Origin: an uncultured bacterium
GTDB taxonomy: Bacteria > Acidobacteriota > HRBIN11 > JAKEFK01
DNA: 64,000 nt
Direction: 5' to 3'
NCBI GenBank assembly: GCA_963777505.1
Contig: CAVZQN010000004.1
Location: forward strand, 1,575,814-1,639,813
The notes under the pieces are model-generated. The model searched no databases. It was not told the origin of the DNA and saw nothing but the letters and a program-made list of their open reading frames with translations. The translations under genes and the position numbers were made by a program. Each line of letters begins with the position of its first letter. The first letter of the stretch is position 1. Shown piece by piece: positions 54,954-64,000 of the stretch.

Positions 54954-57036
54954 TCACCTTCAAGACCTCCTTCAAAACAATCGTTTTGATGAACTAGAAG
55001 AATACTGGCTGGAACTTATGGAGTCCGGCCAATTTGATCTGCAAGATTTGCTTTCGTGCGCAAAGATTCTAGGACGAAATCGAGAAAAGAAGCGCGCTGG
55101 TTTATTGATGACGTTGCTGGATGAGCATCTTCGCGAACATGGCCGCTGGGCCGATCGCCTACGCGTTCTAAAGGAAATTACTCGTCATACACTTGAGCTA
55201 AAAGAACTCGATAACATGAAGGATGCGCTTCGAGAAACTCTTGCGAAAGTTTATCCCGATAGCCCTTCATTCAACGCCGTTTTGAGATCTTTCGCATTCG
55301 ATGAAATTCTGAATGCTGAAGAGCTTGCAAAGAGTGTCGAAAAATCCGAGGAAGCATTCCCTTATGATGTCGGTCGGGTTTTTTACCAGCCGGGCTATGG
55401 AGTGGGGCGAGTTTCAGAAGTGAATCTCAAGCTCAGAGTTGCTCGAATTAATTTCGAAAAGAAGGAAGATGTTACCGTTCAATTTGGCGATCCAGAAGTT
55501 CAGCTCTTGCCGGAAGGTCATCTACTTCGCGACAAAGTAATGAATCTTGAGCAGGTTCGACAGGATGCGGAAGCAAATCCTGCAGAAATGCTAGGGAGAT
55601 TGTTGCAGACGTTTGATCGTGCGATGACAGCTGGGGAAATCAAGGATTGTTTCCATGGAATTGTCGATACCAATCAATGGTCGAGATGGTGGACAGCCGC
55701 AAAAAAGAATCCGCAGGTGGTAACAACGGGAAAGGGCGCTCAAGCCGTTTATGCCTGGAGTGGGTCGGCTTCAGAAGCTGAAGAAAGTGTTCGGAAGGAA
55801 TTTGACTCTGCGAAAGTTAAAGATCGAATTAATCTTGCGCGTACGCATGCAGCACGAAGCCAGGAACTTTCTGACCATTTTGCAGCAATCTTGCTTCAAG
55901 AATCTGTGCGGGCATATGAAGGGAAGAAATGGGATGAAGCAATTGAGCTTCTGGATTTATTTCAAAAGTGGCCCGGCAAATCGTCTCCAGCTGCTGGTTA
56001 TACTTTCGAACAAATTATTAGAGAAGCTCGTCCGGCAGAACTGCTCACCAGTGTAGAGAATCAGCCGCAGAAAACAAAAATCCTGATGGCTTATCGTGAA
56101 TTGTTACCAGATAACTGGGTACAGATTTTTACTGATCACTTTTATCGGGAAGAGAATCCGCGCCTTCTTACTTTGATGTATCAGCAATTACAAACCGATG
56201 CGCCGGAATCATCGGCCACTGCGATATTGAATCGCATAGTCGGTCATCCATCCTTGAATCCAGCTGCATTTGCCTGGTTCTGTGAAGGCGCAAGTGGAGA
56301 AAATGTTGATCCTGCTTTTGCGCAGCTTCTAGATGGAAAGTTCATGCTATCTGCGTTTGAATCAATTGATGGAACTGAGTTTTCAAAACAGCGGAACCGG
56401 GTTAAGAAGGCTGTAGAAAGCGGATTGCTGATGAATTTGCTTGCCCGTTCCATCAATCCAGATCTTGCGCAAAAAGCGGTCGATATGTTGGATCACACGA
56501 TTCACCTGGAAGATTATCGAAGAGATCGTTGGAAAAATGTGATTCGTGCACGGATTCCAGAAACGAAGAAAAAGGAAGATTGGATTTTCAGCACACGTGA
56601 AGCCTTTGAACGGAAACGCGTGGAGCTTGAACAGCTGATTAAAGTTGAGCTGCCTGTCAATCGAAAAGCAATTGGCGAAGCTGCGGCGCATGGTGATTTG
56701 AAAGAGAATCACGAATATAAGGCTGCAAGGGAACGTCAGGATTATTTGATTAACAGAGTCAGTCAACTTCAGGGTGAATTGAGTCACGTTCGCGTTCTTG
56801 AGCCGGGACAGGTTGATTGCAGCGAAGTGCGGCCTGGTACGCGGGTCGAATTAGTTCAACCCGGTGAAAAACGGATGCTTGTGACATTGCTCGGTCCCTG
56901 GGATTCCAATCCTCAGGAAGGTGTGTATTCCTATCAAGCAAGAATCGGCACGATACTTCTTGGCAAACTTCCAGGTGAAAAAGTGGAATGGAATGACGAG
57001 CACTGGACCGTAGAAAAAATCGAACCCTGGAGCTGA
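54943..57036 (+). CDS. Large (~698 aa) helical protein with C-terminal GreA/GreB-like module
   Basis: C-terminus: GDLKENHEYKAARERQDYLINRVSQLQGEL (Gre coiled-coil signature) then FKBP-like GTRVELVQPGEKRMLVTLLGPWDSNPQEGVYSYQARIGTILLGKLPGEKVEW; start set at internal ATG (MNDNHLQDLL). Confidence 0.55.
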   Translation: MNDNHLQDLLQNNRFDELEEYWLELMESGQFDLQDLLSCAKILGRNREKKRAGLLMTLLDEHLREHGRWADRLRVLKEITRHTLELKELDNMKDALRETLAKVYPDSPSFNAVLRSFAFDEILNAEELAKSVEKSEEAFPYDVGRVFYQPGYGVGRVSEVNLKLRVARINFEKKEDVTVQFGDPEVQLLPEGHLLRDKVMNLEQVRQDAEANPAEMLGRLLQTFDRAMTAGEIKDCFHGIVDTNQWSRWWTAAKKNPQVVTTGKGAQAVYAWSGSASEAEESVRKEFDSAKVKDRINLARTHAARSQELSDHFAAILLQESVRAYEGKKWDEAIELLDLFQKWPGKSSPAAGYTFEQIIREARPAELLTSVENQPQKTKILMAYRELLPDNWVQIFTDHFYREENPRLLTLMYQQLQTDAPESSATAILNRIVGHPSLNPAAFAWFCEGASGENVDPAFAQLLDGKFMLSAFESIDGTEFSKQRNRVKKAVESGLLMNLLARSINPDLAQKAVDMLDHTIHLEDYRRDRWKNVIRARIPETKKKEDWIFSTREAFERKRVELEQLIKVELPVNRKAIGEAAAHGDLKENHEYKAARERQDYLINRVSQLQGELSHVRVLEPGQVDCSEVRPGTRVELVQPGEKRMLVTLLGPWDSNPQEGVYSYQARIGTILLGKLPGEKVEWNDEHWTVEKIEPWS

Positions 57037-57039
57037 GCT

Positions 57040-57100
57040 TATTAAGGGATCGCAGACGTCCCGTCTGCATCGGGATCGCGGACATCTTGTCCGCATACCA
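57040..57100. repeat. REP-like element (GCAGACGTCCCGTCTGC + GCGGACATCTTGTCCGC)
   Basis: Read directly between convergent genes. Confidence 0.65.
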
Positions 57101-57102
57101 TT

Positions 57103-57708
57103 TCACTGCGGCGTTACAGGAATCTGCCTATCTTCCGGAACTGTCCACAAGTAAAGCGTTCTATTGTGAACATAGATAGTCTTCTCTGGCTTCCAATCAC
57201 CCATATCGAATGTATTTGAAACGATTCGTGTGCCTGGTTTGAGTTCAGCGAGAAGTTTAGGTCGCAATTTCAGATTTACCCTTTGCAAAAGATAGAGTGT
57301 AACTACTGTCGCATCTTTAATATCTGCATCAAATAAATCGCGTTCGAGAAACTTTACGCGATCACTGACTCCGGCCTTCGTTGCATTGCCCCATGCTTCT
57401 TTGATTCTTACGGGATCGATATCAATACCGACTCCATGCGCTCCAAACTTTTCTGCAGCCATAACAACAATTCGACCATCGCCGCATCCTAAGTCGTAGA
57501 CAATGTCACTGCTTTGTACGTTTGCCATTTTTAACATTTCCTCAACGACCTCATTAGGAGTTGAGACATACGGCACATCTTTTTCCTTTTTGGGCTGCGG
57601 TTGAGATTGTGGTTGTAAAACATCCAACACCTGGGCTTCCTGGAATTGAGCTCCTGCAAACGCGAATAGCACAACCGCCATTGCGCCGAGAATTGTTTTG
57701 CGTACCAT
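57103..57708 (-). CDS. Secreted class I SAM-dependent methyltransferase
   Basis: Signal peptide; VYDLGCGDGRIVVMAA motif I. Confidence 0.7.
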   Translation of the reverse strand: MVRKTILGAMAVVLFAFAGAQFQEAQVLDVLQPQSQPQPKKEKDVPYVSTPNEVVEEMLKMANVQSSDIVYDLGCGDGRIVVMAAEKFGAHGVGIDIDPVRIKEAWGNATKAGVSDRVKFLERDLFDADIKDATVVTLYLLQRVNLKLRPKLLAELKPGTRIVSNTFDMGDWKPEKTIYVHNRTLYLWTVPEDRQIPVTPQ

Positions 57709-57820
57709 ACGGTTCTCCTTTTAGATCTACCTGGGGTTCAATACGAATAAAGATTTGTCCTGGCTTCTGAAGCTATAATAAAATATTAGTACAACATCCA
57801 ATAGATACAAGGATAAACCT

Positions 57821-59986
57821 ATGCATATTCGCTCAATTTTTATTGTCTTCAGCGTATTCCTCGCTGGTTTTGCTTTCGCCGAAAACTTAAATGAACAGCT
57901 TCTCGAAGCTGCACGGAAAGGTGATGCAACGCTCGTCAAGTCGTTGCTTGACCGTGGTGCCGATGTCAATGCAAAAGCCCGGTATAACGTCACACCCCTT
58001 GCTTTTGCCTGCGATAAAGGGCATCTCGAAGTCGTTAAATTGTTGCTTGAACGCGGCGCAGATGTGAATGCAGAAGATACTTTTTACAAATCAACTCCTT
58101 TAACGTGGGCGGCGGAAAATGGACACATTGAAATCGCAAAACTTCTAATCCAAAAAGGGGCGAAAACTGAAGGAGCCCTAACATTCATGATTTATACCGG
58201 AAAAGAAGATATGGTCCGGATGCTTCTCGAAAACGCAAAGTTTACGCCTGAAAATATGACGGAGGCTCTTGAAGTCGCAATCTCGCAAGAGCAAAAAGGT
58301 ATTGTAAAAATTCTTGAAGACGCAGGAGCAGTACGAAAAAAGGCGGACCTTCAGGTACCACCAGAAGTTCTAAAAATGTACGCAGGCAAGTTCAAAAATA
58401 ATGAAGGAAATGAGGTGACGTTTGTTCCTGATGAAAATTCAATAAAGGGGAGTGGAGCAGGTGAGCCTTTTGTGCTTATTCCCAAAGACGATAAGTCATT
58501 TGAAATGGGTGGTGCTCCTGACTACAAATTTGTTTTTGAAGTCGCAGATGGCAAGTCAAACCGGTTAACTGTTACACGTCCGGATGGCTCTACTTCCATT
58601 TATGACAGAGTTGATGAAAAGAGTGCAGCTGCAGAAGAACCAAAAAGCACTCAGACTGCCAACACCGCCGCGCTTACAGAAAAGCGTGAGGTTACAAAGC
58701 CATTAAACTGGCCTTCATTTCGTGGAACTGAAGCTTCAGGTGTCGCAGATGGACAATATCCTCCTGCTGTATGGGATGTTGAGAAAGGAAATAACATTGC
58801 ATGGAAAACAGCAGTTCCTGGTTTAGCGAATTCATCTCCTATTGTTTGGGGCGACCGTGTATTCATAACGACTGCTATCACCAGCGATCCAGAATCAAAA
58901 TTGCGGCATGGTCTTTATGGCGATGTTAAACCCTCTGAAGATTTAACAAAACATACATGGCGTATCTATAGCATTGATAAAAAATCAGGAAAAATTTTAT
59001 GGGACAAGATTGCTTTTGAAGGCTCTCCAAACGTAAAACGCCATCCAAAATCTACCCAATCGAATTCAACACCTGTAACCGACGGTACGCATGTAGTTGC
59101 TTTGTTTGGTTATGGAGGACTGCAGTGTTATGACTTCAAAGGAAATCTATTGTGGAAGAACGATCTTGGAGTTCTAGATTCCGGCTGGTTTTATGATCCT
59201 GATTATCAATGGGGCCATGGAAGTTCTCCAGTATTGTTCGGAGATCTGGTTATTGTGCAGGCCGATTTGCAGAAAAATTCCTATATTGCCGCATTCAATC
59301 TTAAAGATGGAAAGTTAGTATGGAAAACTCTTCGTGATGAAATTCCATCATGGGGGAGTCCCACTGTAGTGAAAACAAAGAACGGAAGTCAGATCGTTAC
59401 CAATGGTACGAATTATGTTCGAGGTTACGACGCGAAATCCGGAAAAGAAGTGTGGAAGCTTAAAAATAATTCAGAAATTACAGTTCCAACTCCTTTTGTT
59501 GCTCATGATCTAATTTTTGTTACAAGCGGTTATCCTCCCATGCAACCAATCTTTGCAATTCGCACGAGTGCAACTGGAGATATTTCATTGAAAGAAGGTT
59601 CCGAATCGAATGAATATGTCGCGTGGAGTAAATCACGTGGCGGACCATACATGCCAACTCCCATTGTGTATGGTGATTATTTGTATACTTGTGCAAATAA
59701 TGGTGTTGTGGCTTGCTACAACGCGAAAACAGGCGAACGCATTTATCAAAAACGCCTTGGTGGAAAGGGCAGCGGATATGCATTTACTGCTTCACCTGTT
59801 GCAGCAGATGGAAAGCTATATTTTACGAGTGAAGATGGGGAAATTTATGTTGTTAAAGCAGGGCCTGAATATGAAGTGCTCGCGATCAACAAAATGAATG
59901 AAGTCGCAATGGCAACACCTGCTATCTCCGACGGCATGATCGTCATCCGAACGCTCGAGCATGTGTACGGAATTCAAGCCAAATGA
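57821..59986 (+). CDS. Secreted protein with N-terminal ankyrin repeats and C-terminal PQQ-like beta-propeller
   Basis: Three ankyrin repeats (LLEAARKGDATLVKSLLDRGADVNA...), then PQQ/BamB-like W-motif blades. Confidence 0.65.
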   Translation: MHIRSIFIVFSVFLAGFAFAENLNEQLLEAARKGDATLVKSLLDRGADVNAKARYNVTPLAFACDKGHLEVVKLLLERGADVNAEDTFYKSTPLTWAAENGHIEIAKLLIQKGAKTEGALTFMIYTGKEDMVRMLLENAKFTPENMTEALEVAISQEQKGIVKILEDAGAVRKKADLQVPPEVLKMYAGKFKNNEGNEVTFVPDENSIKGSGAGEPFVLIPKDDKSFEMGGAPDYKFVFEVADGKSNRLTVTRPDGSTSIYDRVDEKSAAAEEPKSTQTANTAALTEKREVTKPLNWPSFRGTEASGVADGQYPPAVWDVEKGNNIAWKTAVPGLANSSPIVWGDRVFITTAITSDPESKLRHGLYGDVKPSEDLTKHTWRIYSIDKKSGKILWDKIAFEGSPNVKRHPKSTQSNSTPVTDGTHVVALFGYGGLQCYDFKGNLLWKNDLGVLDSGWFYDPDYQWGHGSSPVLFGDLVIVQADLQKNSYIAAFNLKDGKLVWKTLRDEIPSWGSPTVVKTKNGSQIVTNGTNYVRGYDAKSGKEVWKLKNNSEITVPTPFVAHDLIFVTSGYPPMQPIFAIRTSATGDISLKEGSESNEYVAWSKSRGGPYMPTPIVYGDYLYTCANNGVVACYNAKTGERIYQKRLGGKGSGYAFTASPVAADGKLYFTSEDGEIYVVKAGPEYEVLAINKMNEVAMATPAISDGMIVIRTLEHVYGIQAK

Positions 59987-60030
59987 GGATGGGTTAAATC
60001 TTCGCCACAATCGGTGCGTTCAAGAAAGGT

Positions 60031-60882
60031 ATGATGAGAAACCGTCTCTTTCATGATGCGCGCGACTTTCAAATTCTTTTTTTATTTACCTTCCTGACAC
60101 TAGGAATATTTGAGCGGGATTGGACTCTTCGACCCATACTGATGGCGACGATTATAGTGTCCTCAGTCACCGTTCAATGGATTTGCGATCGTTTTTTCTC
60201 TTCTCCCAAGCCCTCGATTCGCAGCGCCTTGATCACGGCGATTAGCTTGTGCGCACTTCTTCGAGCCGGCTCAATTCTAACAATGATCATTGCCGGAGCA
60301 GCGTCCATCTTGAGTAAATTTCTTTTTCGTTACCGCGGAAAACATTTCTTTAACCCATCTAATTTTGGAATCATTCTTGTTTTGTTGCTCACGTCTGATG
60401 CCTGGGTATCGCCAGGGCAATGGGGGAACGAGGTTTGGCTTGTGCTTTTGTTTTTCGCAACCGGTGGCATGGTGGTTAGCAAAGTCGGACGTTGGGACAC
60501 GACAGGTGCATTTTTAGGCGGTTATATATTGCTTGAGTTTGCCCGCAATCAATGGCTCGGATGGACACCCGATGTTTTTGTTCACAAAATGATGAGCGGC
60601 TCGCTGCTTCTGTTTTCATTTTTCATGATCACAGATCCGCGTGCGATTCCTGATCGAAGAATTGCAAGAATACTCTGGTCTCTTTGTGTTGCAGTCCTTA
60701 CGTATGTTCTCCGGAATCATTATTTCCTTCCGACAGCTCCGTTTTGGGCATTATTTGTGCTGTCACCATTTACGATCGTTTTCGATCGGATATTTCCAGC
60801 CAAGCGATTTGAATGGAGTGCCAAAGAAAGCTCTGTTGTAAATCCATTAATCGCAAAGACACAAAGGGAGGTCTTGGTATGA
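60031..60882 (+). CDS. Polytopic integral membrane protein of unknown function
   Basis: ~8 hydrophobic segments; FFNPSNFGI and MITDP motifs; stop overlaps the start (ATGATG) of the next gene. Confidence 0.45.
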   Translation: MMRNRLFHDARDFQILFLFTFLTLGIFERDWTLRPILMATIIVSSVTVQWICDRFFSSPKPSIRSALITAISLCALLRAGSILTMIIAGAASILSKFLFRYRGKHFFNPSNFGIILVLLLTSDAWVSPGQWGNEVWLVLLFFATGGMVVSKVGRWDTTGAFLGGYILLEFARNQWLGWTPDVFVHKMMSGSLLLFSFFMITDPRAIPDRRIARILWSLCVAVLTYVLRNHYFLPTAPFWALFVLSPFTIVFDRIFPAKRFEWSAKESSVVNPLIAKTQREVLV

Positions 60883-62190
60883 TGCGGATTTTATTAGCTT
60901 TTGTATTTTCATTGCCTTTCATTTCATCTGCCTATGGATTTTGCGGATTTTTTGTGGCCAAGGCAGACACGAAATTATTCAACAAGGCTTCAAAGGTTGT
61001 GCTTGTTCGGGATGAAAATCGCACAGTCATTACAATGGCGAACGACTTTCAAGGAGAAGTAAAAGATTTTGCAATTGTAGTTCCGGTTCCAGTCGTTTTG
61101 AAAAAGGAACAAGTTCATATCGGTGATCCAAAAATCATTGAAAGGCTTGATGCATTCAGCGCACCGCGATTGGTCGAATACTTCGATCGTGATCCATGCC
61201 AGCCTGTTTATCCTGAAAGTGTCGGTGCGGCAATGCCGCGGAAATCGGCAGTAGCTGACCGCAAGAAGAGATTCAACAGGCGTAACGATTGAGGAGCAGT
61301 TTACTGTTGGCGAATACGACATCATGATTTTGAGTGCGACTGAATCTTCAGGACTTCAGACATGGCTGGAACAAAATGGATATAAAATTCCGAAAACCGC
61401 AACTGAATTGCTTCAGCCTTATATCCGCAGTAACACAAAGTTTTTTGTAGCGAAAGTGAATCTTGCCGAATATGACAAACGAGGTCTAACGTATCTTCGT
61501 CCAATTCAAATGGCTTTTGAATCACCTAAATTTATGCTGCCGATCCGTTTGGGAATGGCAAATGCAGATGGCGTACAGGACCTGATTGTATTTGCATTAT
61601 CTCGAGTGGGAAGAATTGAGGTTACCAATTACCGAACTGTAAATATTCCATCAGAATTCAATATTCCGATTTACGTTAAGAATGAATTCGCCGATTTCTA
61701 TAAAGCGATGTTTCAAAGAGCCTACGAAAAGGAAGGGAAGAATGCTGTGTTTGTTGAGTATGCATGGGACATGGCCTGGTGTGATCCATGTGCAGATGAT
61801 CCATTGAATCCTGAAGAGCTTCGAAAAGCGGGTGTTTTCTGGTTAGATCAGCAAAATCAAAACAATGTTTTTATTACTCGAATTCATGCGCGTTATACAC
61901 GTCCGCTATTTCCTGAGGATTTCGTATTTCAGGCAACTCCTAATCGTCAGAATTATCAAGGACGTTATATTTTGCAGCATCCATTCAAAGGGAAAATTGC
62001 GTGTGACCAGGGCCGTCAGTATTTAAGAGAAGTGGCTAAACGGCAGGAGAAAGAAGCACAACAACTGGCAAGTTATACAGGGTGGGACATTAATGAAATT
62101 CGTAAGAAAATGGGACTTCAACAAGCTGTGAATAAACCCGAAGATGAGTCATGGTGGGATAAAATCTTTTCGGATGAAAAGGATGACTAA
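60879..62190 (+). pseudogene. Secreted DUF2330-like protein, paralog copy 1, split by an apparent frameshift near 61255-61262
   Basis: ORFs 60879..61292 and 61324..62190 align with the N- and C-terminal halves of the downstream paralog (62217..63530). An alternate frame across 61255-61320 reads TARRDSTGVTIEEQFTVGEYDIMILS, matching RAREDALGIKIEAQFTVGEYDIIILS in copy 2. Confidence 0.65.
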
Positions 62191-62216
62191 CCGCAAAGAC
62201 ACAGAGGGAGGTTGAT

Positions 62217-63530
62217 ATGAAGCGGATTGTTCTAGCTTTTTTATTTACAACGATCATAGTTAGCTCTGCTTACGGCTTTTGCGGTTTTTTCGTAGCAAAG
62301 GCTGATACAAAGCTATTCAACAAGGCTTCGAAAGTTGTTTTAGCCCGTGATGGTGATCGCACTGTCCTTACAATGGCAAACGATTTTCAAGGTGAAGTCA
62401 AAGACTTTGCGATTGTCGTTCCTGTTCCTGTTGTATTGAAGAAGGAACAAGTTCACATCGGCGACCCGAAAATGATTGAACGTCTTGATGCATTCAGTGC
62501 GCCGCGGCTCGTAGAATATTTTGATTCGGATCCGTGTATGCCTATTCCTCCGCAACCAGTTCCCATGCCTTCGGCTATGGCAGACAAAAGCGGCGCGAGC
62601 AGAGCGCGTGAAGATGCTCTTGGAATCAAGATTGAGGCTCAATTTACCGTTGGTGAATATGACATCATTATTTTGAGCGCGAAAGAATCATCGGGGCTTC
62701 AAATTTGGCTCAATGAAAATGGCTACAAAATGCCACCAGGTGCAGCAGAACTTCTGCAGCCTTACATCCGAAGCAATACAAAGTTCTTCGTTGCGAAAGT
62801 GAATCTTGCCGAATATGACAAACGAGGTCTTACCTTTTTGCGGCCATTACAGATGGCATTCGAATCGCCTAAGTTTATGCTGCCGATCCGTCTTGGAATG
62901 GCTAATGCAGATAAAGAACAAGATCTTGTCGTGTTTGCTTTATCACCGCAAGGAAGAACAGAGGTAACAAATTACAGAACTGTGAATATCCCTTCCAACG
63001 TCGAAATCCCCGTTTATGTAAAGAACGAATTTTCAGAATTCTATCGTTCAATGTTTCAGCGTGCCTATGAGAAAGAAGGCAGGAATGCTGTATTTGTGGA
63101 ATATGCATGGGACATGGCATGGTGCGATCCATGTGCCGCCGATCCTTTAACACCTGAAGAACTGCGAAAAGCCGGTGTGTTCTGGGAAAGCGAGCAAGGT
63201 TCAAGCAATGTTTTTATCACGCGTATTCATGCGCGATATACGCGAGATAAATTTCCTGAGGATCTCGTATTTCAGACAACTCCGAATCGAGAAAACTACC
63301 AGGGACGTTACATCATGCGGCATCCATTTAAAGGAAAAGTCGCCTGCGATCAGGGACGCCGGTACATGCGTGAACTTTCCACAAGACAGGAAAAAGAAGC
63401 GCAAACACTTGCTTCACTGACAGGATGGGACATCAATGAGGTTAGAAAAAAGATGGGACTCAACCAGGCGAAAGGCAAACCTGAAGATGAATCCTGGTGG
63501 GACAAAATTTTTGACGATGATGAACAGTAG
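62217..63530 (+). CDS. Secreted DUF2330-like protein, paralog copy 2 (437 aa, intact)
   Basis: Signal peptide; WDMAWCDPCAADPL motif; about 75% identical to copy 1; the DUF2330 name is from memory and unverified. Confidence 0.5.
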   Translation: MKRIVLAFLFTTIIVSSAYGFCGFFVAKADTKLFNKASKVVLARDGDRTVLTMANDFQGEVKDFAIVVPVPVVLKKEQVHIGDPKMIERLDAFSAPRLVEYFDSDPCMPIPPQPVPMPSAMADKSGASRAREDALGIKIEAQFTVGEYDIIILSAKESSGLQIWLNENGYKMPPGAAELLQPYIRSNTKFFVAKVNLAEYDKRGLTFLRPLQMAFESPKFMLPIRLGMANADKEQDLVVFALSPQGRTEVTNYRTVNIPSNVEIPVYVKNEFSEFYRSMFQRAYEKEGRNAVFVEYAWDMAWCDPCAADPLTPEELRKAGVFWESEQGSSNVFITRIHARYTRDKFPEDLVFQTTPNRENYQGRYIMRHPFKGKVACDQGRRYMRELSTRQEKEAQTLASLTGWDINEVRKKMGLNQAKGKPEDESWWDKIFDDDEQ

Positions 63531-63559
63531 ACTCTGCGACTCCGCGGTGAGAACAAAGA

Positions 63560-64000
63560 TTAACGAAGCCGCCGAAATTGTGTAGGAGTCATGCCAGTAA
63601 AGCGTTTGAATATTTTTGTAAAGTGACTTTGATCACAAAATCCAGACGCTAACGCAATCTCCGCAATTGAATTGTGTCCGTGAAGTAAATTGCAGGCATG
63701 CTCAACTCTTAAGCTCCGTACATATTCTGCAACTGTCGTTCCATAGAATTTGCGGAAGGATCTAGCCAGATGAACAGGATGGACACCCGCGCCTAAGGCT
63801 AATTGTTTAAAAGAAAAATTCTCCACGAAACAATCCTGAAGATGAGCTTTCGTATCCTTCAACCATCGCGGGATTTCTTTCGAAGCGATACGGAATTCTC
63901 TCAATCCCGCAGCCATTAATTCCATTGAAAGTCCTTCAATAGCAAGGCTTGAAAGATTGTCCGGAAATTTGAACTCCTGAAATATCCGCATAGCAATCAA
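63560..64000 (-). CDS. AraC-family transcriptional regulator, C-terminal HTH part (5' end beyond window)
   Basis: Twin HTH: GVHPVHLARSFRKFYGTTVAEYVRSLRV...SIAEIALASGFCDQSHFTKIFKRFTGMTP. Confidence 0.8.
   Translation of the reverse strand: MIAMRIFQEFKFPDNLSSLAIEGLSMELMAAGLREFRIASKEIPRWLKDTKAHLQDCFVENFSFKQLALGAGVHPVHLARSFRKFYGTTVAEYVRSLRVEHACNLLHGHNSIAEIALASGFCDQSHFTKIFKRFTGMTPTQFRRLR

Noticed and set aside
1-64000. Search for tRNA/rRNA genes, integrases, transposases or a prophage
   Set aside because: Intergenic regions are short (mostly under 180 bp) and none shows tRNA cloverleaf features. No recombinase-like ORF is present. The mobile-looking DNA here is limited to small palindromic or MITE-like elements.

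Overview
The window is mostly bacterial housekeeping DNA. It looks like a diderm (Gram-negative type) chromosome: BamA, Skp, FabZ, LpxA and LolC/LolD are all present. GC content is about 45% and genes use Shine-Dalgarno sites (for example agggagg upstream of ATG). Several families that are common in the Bacteroidota/Chlorobi/Ignavibacteria group also appear (DUF2851, four-helix-bundle 'IVS' protein). This taxonomic reading is an inference, not something I checked.

Recognisable genes include a PBP2-like fragment, a SAM hydroxide adenosyltransferase, pcm, rsgA, an nrnA-like DHH phosphoesterase, ccdA, pepA, two bactofilins, a PLD-like protein, tsaC, an SDR, a ygfZ-like protein, and a Bacillus-like fadN-fadA-fadE beta-oxidation operon. 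Further along are a LytS/LytTR two-component pair, lysS, lolC/lolD, clpC, bamA-skp-fabZ-lpxA, a GnnA/GnnB-like oxidoreductase/aminotransferase pair, a CAAX protease, two radical-SAM proteins and a partial AraC regulator.

The observations most worth a second look are these:
- **Candidate signalling/conflict operon (2.3-8.4 kb):** a leaderless HTH regulator, a translationally coupled VIT-vWA protein, and a TPR-like-repeat / pseudokinase / Ser/Thr kinase protein.
- **IVS-like cassette:** ~55-bp GATTTCAGATT-rich terminal inverted repeats flank a four-helix-bundle gene (8.42-8.93 kb). An empty MITE-like copy of the same repeats sits at 10.47-10.66 kb.
- **Recurrent intergenic 17-mer:** AACCGCAAAGACGCAGAG occurs about 18 times in either orientation, sometimes as hairpin pairs.
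- **REP-like elements:** two further palindrome families (GCGGACATCTTGTCCGC and GAGGCCCGG stems).
- **Deacetylase / radical-SAM operon:** a zinc-ribbon CE4 deacetylase is coupled to a radical-SAM-like protein with an N-terminal SPASM-like domain and a non-canonical Cys cluster.
- **Candidate extracellular electron-transfer module:** a Cyc2-like monoheme cytochrome/beta-barrel fusion next to a small c-type cytochrome lipoprotein.
- **Giant GreA-domain protein** of about 700 aa.
- **Tandem DUF2330-like paralogs** that share an upstream motif.
- **Three apparent single-nucleotide frameshifts** in fadN, lolD and one DUF2330 copy. These suggest either assembly indel errors or real pseudogenisation.

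I found no rRNA, tRNA, CRISPR array, integrase or transposase. Hand-read coordinates may be off by 1-2 nt.
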